DNA of 64,000 bases from Eledone cirrhosa. Lineage: Eukaryota. The notes under the pieces were generated by a model. That model made no database searches and was not told the origin of the DNA. It saw only the letters and a program-made list of their open reading frames with translations. Positions within the stretch are counted from its first letter, which is position 1. Each line of letters begins with the position of its first letter. The stretch lies in NCBI GenBank assembly GCA_964016885.1, contig OZ024758.1:25544001-25608000 (forward strand), read 5' to 3'. The position numbers were made by a program, and so were the translations under genes. Below, one piece after another: positions 25,389 to 36,897 of this stretch.

Positions 25389-25699
25389 TACAGGTTGAAC
25401 AGTTGACCCTCTGGTCCAATGCCTGGTATGGCGCCATTGTAGGAACTGGCCTTAAAAAATATATACATAACCGAGCTGTAGAAAATGTTTTCCTATTGCC
25501 TTGCTAACTATATATATATATATATATATTGGAAAAAGTAAGACTGTCAGTCCAGAAATAGCAGTCGAAACGGCTTGAGCTCTGCCGTCGGGGTCTTACT
25601 TTTTCCAATTACCCACTCTACTACCCTAAGTATTGAGTACTCTGGTGCGTTATGGTCCATCTGGTTCCTTACCACAACTCCTTCGTTATATATACATAT

Positions 25700-26441
<742 letters not shown>

Positions 26442-26785
26442 CACATACACACATGTATATGCTTAGTAATGGCGGTTGTGATAACGAGTACTAAATGCCA
26501 GAGTAGGAATTAAAAAATGGTTAAAGCCAAGCTTGAGTTTGATACTCTGGAGTTTCTCATCAGATGATCTTGTGAGTAGACACATGAAACTCCTGAGTAA
26601 CCAGTAAGGAGGAGGGTGAAGAGCTCTCTTGCCAACTGAAGAGCAGATTTTATGATGTTCGTGTATGTACTCAGTGCAAAATTTCACAAAGAAACGTGGC
26701 ATTTGAATATGGAGGATATGAGAAGATTGGAAAGGAAAAGTTAGCATAAGAGTAATTGGCTGCTATCATATGTAAAGAGAAAAGG

Positions 26786-26975
26786 GCGGTAGATTGGCAG
26801 TATCGGTAGAGGGTCGGACGCTATGCTTTGGCGTATAGAGTTATGGCTCTTGCCATTCTGAGTTCAAATCCCGCTGAGGTTAACTTTGCCTTTCATCCTT
26901 ACGGGGTCGATAAAATAAAGTACCAGTAATGTTCTGGGTAATTGCTGGCCTTGTGCCTAAAGTAGAAACAATTAA
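26786..26975 (+). mobile_element. SINE family A with TSD ATGTAAAGAGAAAA
   Basis: Full-length copy; 14-bp direct repeat on both sides. Confidence 0.88.
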
Positions 26976-27503
26976 ATGTAAAGAGAAAATACTCCGCTTT
27001 ATAAGGTAGTAGTTGACTGAAGAAGTGTTAATTGATCTAAATGGGAGGGGTCTATGGGAGTGGAATTCAAAAGAAGACTTCTGAAGAAGTATTTAAGAGG
27101 GGGTTTCAGGATATTGAACCTCACAAAAATGACAAGAGACTGCAACAAATTGGGAAATGTCCTGCAGAAGATTCGTCCAACTTGTACAAGCATGGTGAAA
27201 TGGTCATTAGATTGATAATAGTGTACGTATGTGCGTTTTTGTGTGTTGATATATTGGTAGCTGCTGTGGTCTGGTTATGTATGTCAAGTTTGGGAAAGTG
27301 GGTGGTCCATGTTTGGTTAACCAAATTTGGAGGGTGTGTGAGGTTTGGTTTGGCAGGAGTCATGAGTACAGGTTGGTGTTCGATGTAGGGTGTTTGTTGA
27401 GTGTTTGTGGACTGACTGGAACAATAACAGTCTTATTTACCTAAATATATATCACAAATATACATATATGATAAACTTTACATTGTAAATTTTTTCTTTT
27501 TAG

Positions 27504-27668
27504 TGTCCTGCTAGTTGTGGTAAATCTCGCAAATACCGTAAAGTCCGATGCATCAATAAAGACAATATTGAAGTTGACTTATCAAAATGTCCTGGCAAAC
27601 CACTTCGATCCAGCAAGAAGTGTCGAGTAAAGAAATGTCCTCACTGGTACAAAGGTCCTTGGAGGCCA
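27504..27668 (+). CDS. ADAMTS9: ADAMTS9/20-like exon, TSP1 repeat
   Basis: ttttag|TGT...CCA|gtaagt; 165 nt, phase 0-0; CPASCGKSRKYRKVRCINKDNIEVDLSKCPGKPLRSSKKCRVKKCPHWYKGPWRP. Confidence 0.9.
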
Positions 27669-27739
27669 GTAAGTATCATTGTTAGTTAATGCTTTTGGTG
27701 TTGGTATGATCAACTAAATCAATGTGGTACTCCAGCATG

Positions 27740-27910
27740 CAGTGCTGGATTTAGGATAAATGAGGTCCTGTGCTAGTTAAATTATGAGGCTACTTACTTG
27801 GGCCCTGAAGGAGGTAAAAAAATTTTTTGGCAGGAAGATGGGTCACCCATCCCTGGCCAATGGGGCCCTGTGCTTAAGCACACCTAAGCACAATGGTAAA
27901 TCCAGCACTT
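27740..27910. mobile_element. hAT-type MITE
   Basis: TIR CAGTGCTGGATTTA / TAAATCCAGCACTT; 8-bp TSD CCAGCATG at 27732-27739 and 27911-27918. Confidence 0.8.
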
Positions 27911-28177
27911 CCAGCATGGTTACAGTCTAATGACTGAAGCCAGTAAAAGAACAAAGGAATAAATTGATAACTGTATTCTTAAAATCTCTTAGCCTTGTGA
28001 GCTGGAATCACTCTTCCAGCACGTCTCCCTCTCCATCCTCGAGTGAAATGCCTTCTCTATTCTGTCCACTGGGGTCAGCACGTGGGCCCCCATTTGTCCA
28101 TAATAGTGAGAGATGGGGAGAGTAGGAGAGACGGAGGCAGTGACAGTGGGAGATTGGTTCCTTTGTGTACGGACCTG

Positions 28178-28222
<45 letters not shown>

Positions 28223-28293
28223 TCACAGACACACACTCACACGGAGGCAGAGACAGTGGGAGTTTGGTTCCATTGTGTTCAGGACCTGGTGTG

Positions 28294-28361
<68 letters not shown>

Positions 28362-28552
28362 GTATAGGATTATCCTAGATGTAGTAATGGTTAATTACTA
28401 CACTGGATATGGTTGACGTACGGTGAGAGGTTACTCTACGAGTTATGGAAGAATTGTTGAAGAAACTTAGTTCCTGATCCTTCTGTATTCCGGAGTGTAT
28501 ATAAAGAATGAATAATAACAGGTAGACATCATAAAAAGGTAATTTATTCCGT

Positions 28553-28666
28553 GTGCTTACAAATGTTTCCACGGTGGTACTGCAGCCTAGTTATGCTATG
28601 TGCAAATTTACAACTATTTGCAGAACTCAAATATCCAATGCTGTGACCACTGTATCCTCAGAGCAG
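28553..28666 (-). ncRNA. Degenerate hammerhead-like motif with extended stem II
   Basis: Minus strand TGCT-CTGAGGA-t ACAGTGGT..CAGC...GCTG..ACCACCGT g-GAAA-CATTT-GTAAGCA. Confidence 0.4.
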
Positions 28667-28697
28667 AATGTTGTTGTAAATATGTTGTAAATTTAAT

Positions 28698-28885
28698 GGT
28701 GGATTGGCAGTATCGGTAGAGGGTCGGACGCCATGCTTTGACGCAAAGAGTTACGGCCCTTGCCATTCTGAGTTCAAAACCCGCCGAGGTTAACTTTGCC
28801 TTTCATCCTTACGGGGTCGATAAAATAAAGTACCAGTAATACACTGGGTAATTGCTGGCCTTGTGCCAAAAGTAGAAACAATTAT
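28698..28885 (+). mobile_element. SINE family A
   Basis: Full-length copy. Confidence 0.85.
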
Positions 28886-29051
28886 TCATTCTTTATATAT
28901 ATATATATATATATATGCTCAAGAACTCAACACACAACCCAGTCCAGGAATTGAACCCACAAGATTATGATCGTAAGTCCAACACACTTACCACAAGACC
29001 ACATGCCTCCGCCTCACTACTGTGGTCACAATATTTGTCATTAGTGTAATA

Positions 29052-29240
29052 ATTGTTTCTACTTTAGGCACAAGGCCAGCAACTACCCCAGTGTATTACT
29101 GGTGCTTTATTTTATCGACCCCGTAAGGATGAAAGGCAAAGTTAACCTTGGCGGGATTTGAACTCAGACTGTAAAGGGACGTAACTATGCTAGAAAGCAT
29201 GGTGTCTGACGCTCTGCCGATTCTGCCAATCTACCACCCT
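29052..29240 (-). mobile_element. SINE family A with TSD TAGTGTAATAAT
   Basis: Full-length reverse copy. Confidence 0.85.
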
Positions 29241-29345
29241 AGTGTAATAATAGTAGAAATACTAACAGTAATATTTCTGGAAATGAAGAAGTGAAAGTAA
29301 ATTATTTATAAATGCAATGATTGATATATTTTCTTGAATTCTCAG

Positions 29346-29516
29346 TGTTCTGTTGAATGTGGTAATGGTACAAGAACAAGAGAAGTGTCTTGCAAGCAAT
29401 CAAAATATAAAACAATACCTGATAGATATTGTAATAAGAAAAAGAAACCTATGAGTGTAAAGATTTGCTACCCAGCACCTTGTAAATACATATGGAAAAA
29501 AGAAAGGTGGTCTTTG
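29346..29516 (+). CDS. ADAMTS9: ADAMTS9/20-like exon, TSP1 repeat
   Basis: tctcag|TGT...TTG|gtaagc; 171 nt, phase 0-0; CSVECGNGTRTREVSC...CYPAPCKYIWKKERWSL. Confidence 0.92.
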
Positions 29517-29639
29517 GTAAGCTCTTTTTCTTAATAGGATTTTTTTTTTTTTTTCCAGCATGCTGAAGCGTATGTATATATGTCTATGTATGTGTGTAGC
29601 ATATGTATACATTTATATGTATGAGTGTATATATGTAAA

Positions 29640-30105
29640 TGCACAAACACTGACACACTTATAAAAATACACAGCTCACAGACAGACGTTCACACAAATA
29701 CACACATACGTTCACACAAACACACATACATTCACACAAACATACACATATATTCACACAAACATACACACAAATACACACATACATTCACACAAACAAA
29801 CACATACATTCACACAAATACACATGTACATTCACACAAACACACATACATTCACACATACATTCACACAAACACATACATACATTCACACAAATACACA
29901 CATACATTCACACAAATACACACATACATTCACACAAACATACACACACATTCACACAAACACACACACACATTCACACAAACACACACACACACATACA
30001 CACATACACATTTACACAAACACATACATTTACAAACACAAATACATTCACACACTTACATTCACACAAACACACGCATACATTTACACAAAAGCACACA
30101 TCACT
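29640..30105. repeat. CA-rich degenerate tandem repeat
   Basis: (ATTCACACAAACACACATAC)-like units. Confidence 0.9.
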
Positions 30106-30479
30106 TACTCAGAGAGTAGCAAATGAAACGCCAGCTGCTGCTTTACTATAGTTTTTTTTCTCCATTCCTTTCCTTCCTTTTACACATACATAGTGTGATG
30201 GATGGATGGATGGACAGAAGTCGCTCAAATTTATATATAGATTTTCTTTAGATTTCTTTCATCTAGCTGCCAAAAGTAATTCTAAGCTTAAGTAATGCAA
30301 TTTTGTAGCCTGTAAATTAGATGCTTCTTCTTTGTATAACTTTGTTAACTTACATATTGTGGTTCTTATTTATCGGAATCAGACACACAGACTCTCTCAC
30401 ATTCTATCTCTGTAAAGAATCTGCTGTGTTCAGACATGGAAAGGGATTGGCTCTGCCAGGCTTAAAATGCTCCCAAAAT

Positions 30480-30887
30480 GGGGAAAGTCAATTAAATTGA
30501 ACCCAGTGTGTCACTGATATTAAAGCTAACCTTGGCAGGATTTGAACACAAAATGTAAAGAGCTGTAACTATATGCCATGAAGCATGGCGCCCGACAGCC
30601 TCCCAATACTGCTTATCCACCGCCCTATAATAATTGTTTCTACTTTAAGCACAAGGCCAGCAATTACCCAGTACATTACTGGTACTTTATTTTATCGACC
30701 CCGTAAGGATGAAAGGCAAAGTTAACCTCGGCGGGATTTGAACTCAGATCGTAAAGGGGCGTAACTCTATGCTGCAAAGCATGACGTCTGACGTTCTACC
30801 AATACTGCCAGTCTACCTCCCTAATAATAATTGTTTCTACTTTAGGCACAAGGCCAGCAAATACCCAGTGCATTACTGGTACTTTAA
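30480..30887 (-). mobile_element. Cluster of SINE A copies (old, full-length, tail fragment)
   Basis: Full copy at 30630-30822 plus adjacent partial copies. Confidence 0.8.
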
Positions 30888-30962
30888 TAATTAATTAGAA
30901 GCTGTACCAATCTAATAATTGATTATCTGTAATAACAGTAAATTATTTATCTTTATTTGCAG

Positions 30963-31133
30963 TGTTCGAAAACGTGTGGATTTGGACAGAAGCAGCGAGC
31001 TGTAAATTGCATGGATTATGAAAACAGATTTTTTGTTGAGGATAGTTATTGTTTATTCAAGAAACCTAAAACTCACAGACGCTGTGCTGAGTTTCCTTGT
31101 CCTTTACAATGGACCACAGGCCCTTGGACTGAT
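30963..31133 (+). CDS. ADAMTS9: ADAMTS9/20-like exon, TSP1 repeat
   Basis: ttgcag|TGT...GAT|gtaggt; 171 nt, phase 0-0; CSKTCGFGQKQRAVNC...CAEFPCPLQWTTGPWTD. Confidence 0.92.
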
Positions 31134-31183
31134 GTAGGTTTTACTTACTTTTTATTAACTTTAAAAACTGAAACTTCTTCATT

Positions 31184-31845
31184 TTAACCCTTTAGCATTT
31201 ACATTACTCTATATATACTATTATATTTTTGAGGTAAAGGCTTTACCTCATATAATTATCTTACATAATTATCTCACATAATATCAAATCTATAAGATTT
31301 TGATATTTATTTTGAGAAAACATCAATATGATTGGCCAGTTACAACTAGTTTGAACAGAAAGAGGTGAGAGAATCTGACTGGATACAGTTGGTTTAACCC
31401 TTTAGCATTCACATTACTCTATATATACTATTATATTTTCATGGTAAAGGCTTTACCTCACATAATTATCTCACATAATATCGAATTTATGAGATTTTGA
31501 AAGTATTTATTTTGAGAACAATACCTTAACATCAGTTTGAGCGACCAGTTACAGCCAGTTTCAACAGAAAGAGGTAGAGAATTCTGGCCGGTTTTGGCCG
31601 GTTTGAACATTAAAGGGTTAAGCCTTTAGTATTTAAACTGGCCATATCCGGCCAGAATACTCTCACCTCTTTCTGTTCAAACCAGACGTAACTGGCCACT
31701 CATACTGATGTTAAGGTATTGATCTCAAAATAAATACTTTCAAAATCTCATAGATTCGATATTATGTGAGATAATTATGTAAGATAAAGTCTTTAACACA
31801 AAAATACAATAGTATATATAGAGGGTTAAGGTGCTAAATGGTTAA
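31184..31845. mobile_element. Three abutting piggyBac-type MITEs
   Basis: TTAACCCTTTAGCATT at 31184 and 31395; GGGTTAAGCCTTTAG junction near 31620; third copy inverted. Confidence 0.85.
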
Positions 31846-31995
31846 GGTGTATGCCTATCACTTTTGTAATTTTCATTATAAAATAATTCAATCAGTTCTA
31901 TTGAATGTTTATTTGTTTCGAATGACATCTATATATATATGCCTCATCAATAAGTTTTAATGTTCCTTTTCTTTTTTTCTTCTTTCTCTCCCCAG

Positions 31996-32181
31996 TGTTC
32001 AGTATCTTGTGGTTTAGGCTGGCAATCTCGTTCAGTGGTTTGTAATTCTGTCTCAAAAGAAAACTGGATACTTGGTGAATCTGAATCATGTAAGAGTTCA
32101 GAAAAGCCTCCATTTCAACGTTATTGTAACTATGGTGATTGCGATGGATATTACTACTGGAAAGTTTTTTCTTGGCAACAT
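31996..32181 (+). CDS. ADAMTS9: ADAMTS9/20-like exon, TSP1 repeat
   Basis: ccccag|TGT...CAT|gtaaat; 186 nt, phase 0-0; CSVSCGLGWQSRSVVC...CNYGDCDGYYYWKVFSWQH. Confidence 0.92.
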
Positions 32182-32234
32182 GTAAATATTGAACTTTGAT
32201 ATTTAAACTATAACTATTGATTTATATTATATAT

Positions 32235-32692
32235 GGATTGGCAGTATTGGTAGAGGGTCGGACGCCATGCTTTGAAGCATAGAGTTACGTCCCTTTATGA
32301 TCTGAGTTCAAATCCCGCCGAGGTTAACTTTGCCTTTCATCCTTACGGGGTCGATAAAATAAAATACCAGTAATGTACTGGGGTAATTGCTGGCTTTGTG
32401 CCAAAAATAAAAACAATTATATATAAGGCAGATATAGATAGTAGACGGCAAGAAAGGAAAAAATATATTTAGATATGAAATATACAAAGATCATTTAACC
32501 AGGTGGCTTGGCAGCAGTATCGGTAGAGGGTCGGACGCCATGCTTTGCGGTATAAAGTTACGGCCCTTTACAGTCTGAGTTCAAATCCCGCCAAGGTTAA
32601 CTTTGCCTTTCATCCTTACGGGGTCGATAAAATAAAGTACCAGTAATGCACTGAGATAATTGCTGGCCTTGTGCCAAAAGTAGCAACAATTA
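32235..32692 (+). mobile_element. Two SINE A copies (second with TSD ATTTAACCAGGTGG)
   Basis: 32235-32420 and 32505-32692. Confidence 0.85.
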
Positions 32693-32761
32693 TTTAACCA
32701 GGTGGTGCTATTAAGTTAGACATGGCCTGGGCCAATACTGGCCGAAAGTTATCACAGTAAG

Positions 32762-32973
32762 TAACCTTTTAGCATTTGCATAACTCTATATATACTATTG
32801 TATTTTTGAGATAAAGGCTTTACCTTACATAATATCGAATCTATGAGATTTTGATATTATTTATTTTGAGAACAATACCTTAATGTTGGTATGAGTGGCT
32901 GGTTACAGCCGGTTTGAACAGAAAGGTGAGAGAATTCTGGCTGGATACAGCTGGTGTAAATGCTAAAGGGTTA
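32762..32973. mobile_element. piggyBac-type MITE
   Basis: TAACCTTTTAGCATTT ... AAATGCTAAAGGGTTAA. Confidence 0.8.
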
Positions 32974-33265
32974 AACAACAAAATCAATCACTATGGAGTA
33001 GGCCAGAAATAAAGAGAAGAGATTTACAAAGGATTATAGATCTAACTGGGAATTAGCAAACAGTTTATGTATGTTGAGATTTAAACAGTCAATAATGCTT
33101 TCTTAAATCCTCTACTTTATTTGGAAATTTTTGATATAATTTTAAAATAATTTAATATCTTTATAACAAACGGTCTTTACTATTCTGGCCTGTCCAGTGT
33201 CAACTTTTTTTGTTGTTTTGACTATTCCAGTATTAACTTAGTTTTGTGCTTTTCTCTTTTAACAG

Positions 33266-33398
33266 TGTCCAGATTCTTGTGGAATCCAAGAAGTTAATAG
33301 AAGAGTGACCTGCATTGATAAAGCTGGCCAAGAATATCCTTCCTCCAATTGCAAAGGAGATTCTCCAATAACAAAACGAATATGTCCAAATAAAAGAT
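33266..33398 (+). CDS. ADAMTS9: ADAMTS9/20-like exon, last TSP1 repeat
   Basis: taacag|TGT...AGAT|gtaagt; 133 nt, phase 0-1; CPDSCGIQEVNRRVTCIDKAGQEYPSSNCKGDSPITKRICPNKR. Confidence 0.9.
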
Positions 33399-33409
33399 GT
33401 AAGTTATAA

Positions 33410-33590
33410 TTTTAATGTGGAAAGTGATATAAGACTAAACAATACAAAATGGAAGAGTAAGATGAAGGTAACAAAAAAGTAAGTTACCTGGTAATCTTTG
33501 TTAAAACAACACAAAGATTACTAGATAAGTTACCTTCATCTTACAGTCCATTTTGCATTGTTTAGCCTAATATCTCTTTCAGCACTATAT
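33410..33590. repeat. Imperfect fold-back element
   Basis: GTAAGATGAAGGTAAC / GTTACCTTCATCTTAC and CTAAACAATACAAAATGGA / TCCATTTTGCATTGTTTAG; inner stem GTAATCTTTGT / ACAAAGATTAC. Confidence 0.8.
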
Positions 33591-33784
33591 ATTATATACA
33601 ATGCTTCAAGCAAGCCACAACATTTTATAATTTTAATTTATTTTATTTTAGTTTTTGTTGGTTATAATATAATTAGATTGTAATACCAATAAACAAATGG
33701 TAATAAATATTTAAACTTGCTTTTATGACTGAAAATTTCAGAGTTTATGTTAAATAGTTACCAACAAAGTTTTATATAGATGTG

Positions 33785-33940
33785 GTCGATGATAGTGAGG
33801 GTAACCAGCTGAGGTTGGTAATAGTGAGGATAACCAGCTGAGGTTGGTGATAGTGAGGGTATCAGTTGTGGTTGGTGATTGTGAGGGTGTCAGTTGTGGT
33901 TGGTGATTGTGAGGGTATCCAGCTGAGGTTGGTGATAGGA
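33785..33940. repeat. Degenerate tandem repeat of about 29 bp
   Basis: GATAGTGAGGGTAACCAGCTGAGGTTGGT-like units. Confidence 0.75.
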
Positions 33941-34429
33941 AGGTGTTATAAGGGTGTGACACACCTGTTTAGTATATCTGTACGAAACGAGGGTAAAATC
34001 AAGGTATTCACCAGGTGTAATTCCGAACTACCAAAGAGATACTACAATGAGAGACTACGTACACAGTCTACCTGAGAGTTCACTTCAGTTATTTATAAAC
34101 ATTTAGCCTAGTCCACTTTTAGTTACACAGGGGTGTCCAGGGTTTTTCCCTACAATAGAAGGGCATTCAGTTACTCAGAGAATTTCTCATGATAATACAT
34201 ACTGGGTAAACAAACACTGAAGTCTAATGGTGAAAGGTGTCTATGATAAATTTAGAATAAGGATGATTTGGGAAGGTTGTAGTTTCAGGCTGGTTGGTAT
34301 TAAAACGGTTAAAACTAAAGATGTTTATTTTTAATTAAAACGGTTAAAACTAAAGATGTTTATTTTTTAATTAGCGCTTGCTCTGATTGATCAACAAGAT
34401 CCCAGACCTCATTCACTTGCCGAGTGGGG

Positions 34430-34635
34430 TGGACCTTGTCAAATCAGACCAAGGAAACAATGTTTCCATTGGTCCTTCCATTACTGATACTATCTACCGG
34501 TCGCAACTCCTGGCAGAAGGAGCAACATGAAATAAAGTGTCTTGCTCAAGGACATAACATATCACCTGGTCCAAGAATTGAACTCACAACCTCATGATTG
34601 AAAATCCAACTCTCTAACCACTAAGCCATGTGACT
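34430..34635 (-). mobile_element. SINE family C
   Basis: Homologous to 9095-9312. Confidence 0.7.
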
Positions 34636-34720
34636 TTTTAATTATACTTTACCCTAATGATTTGTTCTCTGTTTTAATTAATTAAAATTGATGTTTTTTT
34701 TTTTATATTTAAATATCTAG

Positions 34721-34812
34721 GTTTTGTGTCTTCCTGCCAAGAATTAAGAGATACAACATCCATTAGACAAGACAGCAGTTATCGCCTACTTGTCAAAGGA
34801 AAACTTATCCCG
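34721..34812 (+). CDS. ADAMTS9: ADAMTS9/20-like exon, start of GON domain
   Basis: atctag|GT...CCG|gtaaat; 92 nt, phase 1-0 matches previous exon; (C)FVSSCQELRDTTSIRQDSSYRLLVKGKLIP resembles the GON-domain N-terminus. Confidence 0.88.
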
Positions 34813-35099
34813 GTAAATTACTTTTAAATATTTCAATTTATATCCCCCCCCCCCCCCGACCACATCCCTACTCACTGCTATTATAGCAAAGTTGGGGTTA
34901 TTCGCAAGTGCAAGCCCCACGAAGTTGGCTGGATATTCCAGTGTGCCTTCCTCACCATCCTATGGGGGGTAATGTCTCCTTCATTCTGTCCATCAGGACC
35001 ATGAGGCAGACTGATACTTAAGTTTCATTTATGGTGGTGGCATGTGGAGTAAATTTACAGGGTAACACAAGACTTGTCATGTAAAATCAAGTATAAATT

Positions 35100-35375
35100 C
35101 ATTTCATTTTCATTTCATTTCATTTTACGTCCGCTTTTCCCTGCTTGCAAGGGTGGGACGGGAACTGATTCTGGCTTGATTTCTACAGCTGGATGCCCTT
35201 CCTAACACCAACCTCATTTACAGTGAGTGCTGGGTGCTTTTTTGCCGTGGCACCTCCACGACCACTTTGCAGTGGAATGATAGCGACCCCAGTCCCTATC
35301 ATCTCATTTCTACAGCTGAGTAAACTGGAGCAATGTGAAATAAAGTGTCTTGCTCAAGGAAACAACACATCACCC
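35100..35375 (-). mobile_element. 5'-truncated SINE family B
   Basis: Matches 25700-25970. Confidence 0.8.
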
Positions 35376-35416
35376 ATATTAGAAGATTTTGGATTTAACA
35401 TATAAGATTTTGGATT

Positions 35417-35640
35417 TAACCCTTTAGCATTTATATTACACTATATTTATTATTGTATTTTCATGGTAAAGGCTTTATCTTACTTAATTATCTCACATAA
35501 TACCGAATTTACAAGATTTTGATGTTGCTTATTTCGAGAACAATACCTTAACATCAGTATGAGTGGTCAATTACAGCCGGTTTGAACAGAGGTGAGAGAA
35601 TTCTGGCCGAATATGGCCAGTTTAAATGCTAAAGGGTTAA
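35417..35640. mobile_element. piggyBac-type MITE
   Basis: TTAACCCTTTAGCATTTA ... TAAATGCTAAAGGGTTAA. Confidence 0.85.
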
Positions 35641-36057
35641 ACAAAATTTTTGTTTTTCTTATATAGAAATTTATTTCTTCCATATAAATTTATCAAAAAA
35701 ATATTTTACCTTTTACAAAATCTCTCTGTAAATAAGTATTTTCAACAACCTATATTTTTCACAATGTTTTGAATATATATAGTAAAATGAAATTTCTTAG
35801 TTATGAAATATTTTTTTTTAAATATTGCTGAGATTTTATTCAGTAAAATGTTGATGGAAATTATCATTTTATTAATCCTATTTAAAAACAGGACTACACC
35901 CCTGTTCTCCTCCATGGGGGTTTTCCTCTCTTAATATATAGACACACAGCAAATATGTATTTTTTTCTAGACTTTTTAATTGTAAGCAAATACAAAACAA
36001 AACAATAAAAATTCAATCAATGGATACTACTGAATTCCATTTTGTATTTAAAAACAT

Positions 36058-36345
36058 GTGGAGGCATGTGACCTAGTGGTAAGGGTGTTGGGCTTACGAT
36101 TATAATGTCATGGGTTCAATTCCTGGACTGGGTTGTGTGTTGTGTTCTTGAGCAAAACACTACATTTCACATTGCTCCAATGTACTCAGCTTAAAATGAG
36201 TACCAGCAATAGCTGGGGGTTTAACCCTGTGATGGACTGGTGTCCCGTCTATGGGGGAGTCTTGTACTCTGTCACTTCACACCACGAAACTGGGATAAGC
36301 ACCGGCCCGATGAACCTCCAGGCATGAGGCAGACTTTAGACTGAG
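36058..36345 (+). mobile_element. tRNA-derived SINE
   Basis: box A/B-like head GACCTAGTGGTAAGG...GGTTCAATTCC; same family as 245-800. Confidence 0.7.
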
Positions 36346-36509
36346 ACTAGACTCCCAGGAAATCCAGAGTCCAAACTCAGCTTTAATTTATTTTATAGGG
36401 AAAAATTAACATTTTGCTGTTTTAATAATTTACATATTTTGATAATTTTATTGTACTTTCATGAATTTTTCATACCTTTACTTAATATTGTTTTTTATTT
36501 TGTATCTAG

Positions 36510-36598
36510 ATATACTGTAATAAAATGAAAAAGAACCCCATTGAATACATTACTCTAGAATCTTCTGAAGAAAACTTTTCAGAAATCTATGAACAACG
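36510..36598 (+). CDS. ADAMTS9: ADAMTS9/20-like exon, GON domain
   Basis: atctag|ATA...CG|gtaagt; 89 nt, phase 0-2; IYCNKMKKNPIEYITLESSEENFSEIYEQ(R), GON motif PxEYxTL...ENFSExY. Confidence 0.92.
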
Positions 36599-36850
36599 GT
36601 AAGTTAACTGTTGAGAGATAAAGAAGGTAAAAAGATCAATCTTTTAAGGTTCCGCAGTAATAGTAAAAGAAAGGCAGTAAACAGTGGGTAGTTATGATAG
36701 TGGCTATATTGAGATTGTGTCTAAAAACAGCCAATGGCAACTTCTTTTTCCATTTTTTAAGGGTCTCACCCTATTTTATAAACTACTTTATAGCATCTCC
36801 ATGCATGAAAACATCATTCTTTATATTCATCTTCTCACTATTTTATAATA

Positions 36851-36854
<4 letters not shown>

Positions 36855-36897
<43 letters not shown>

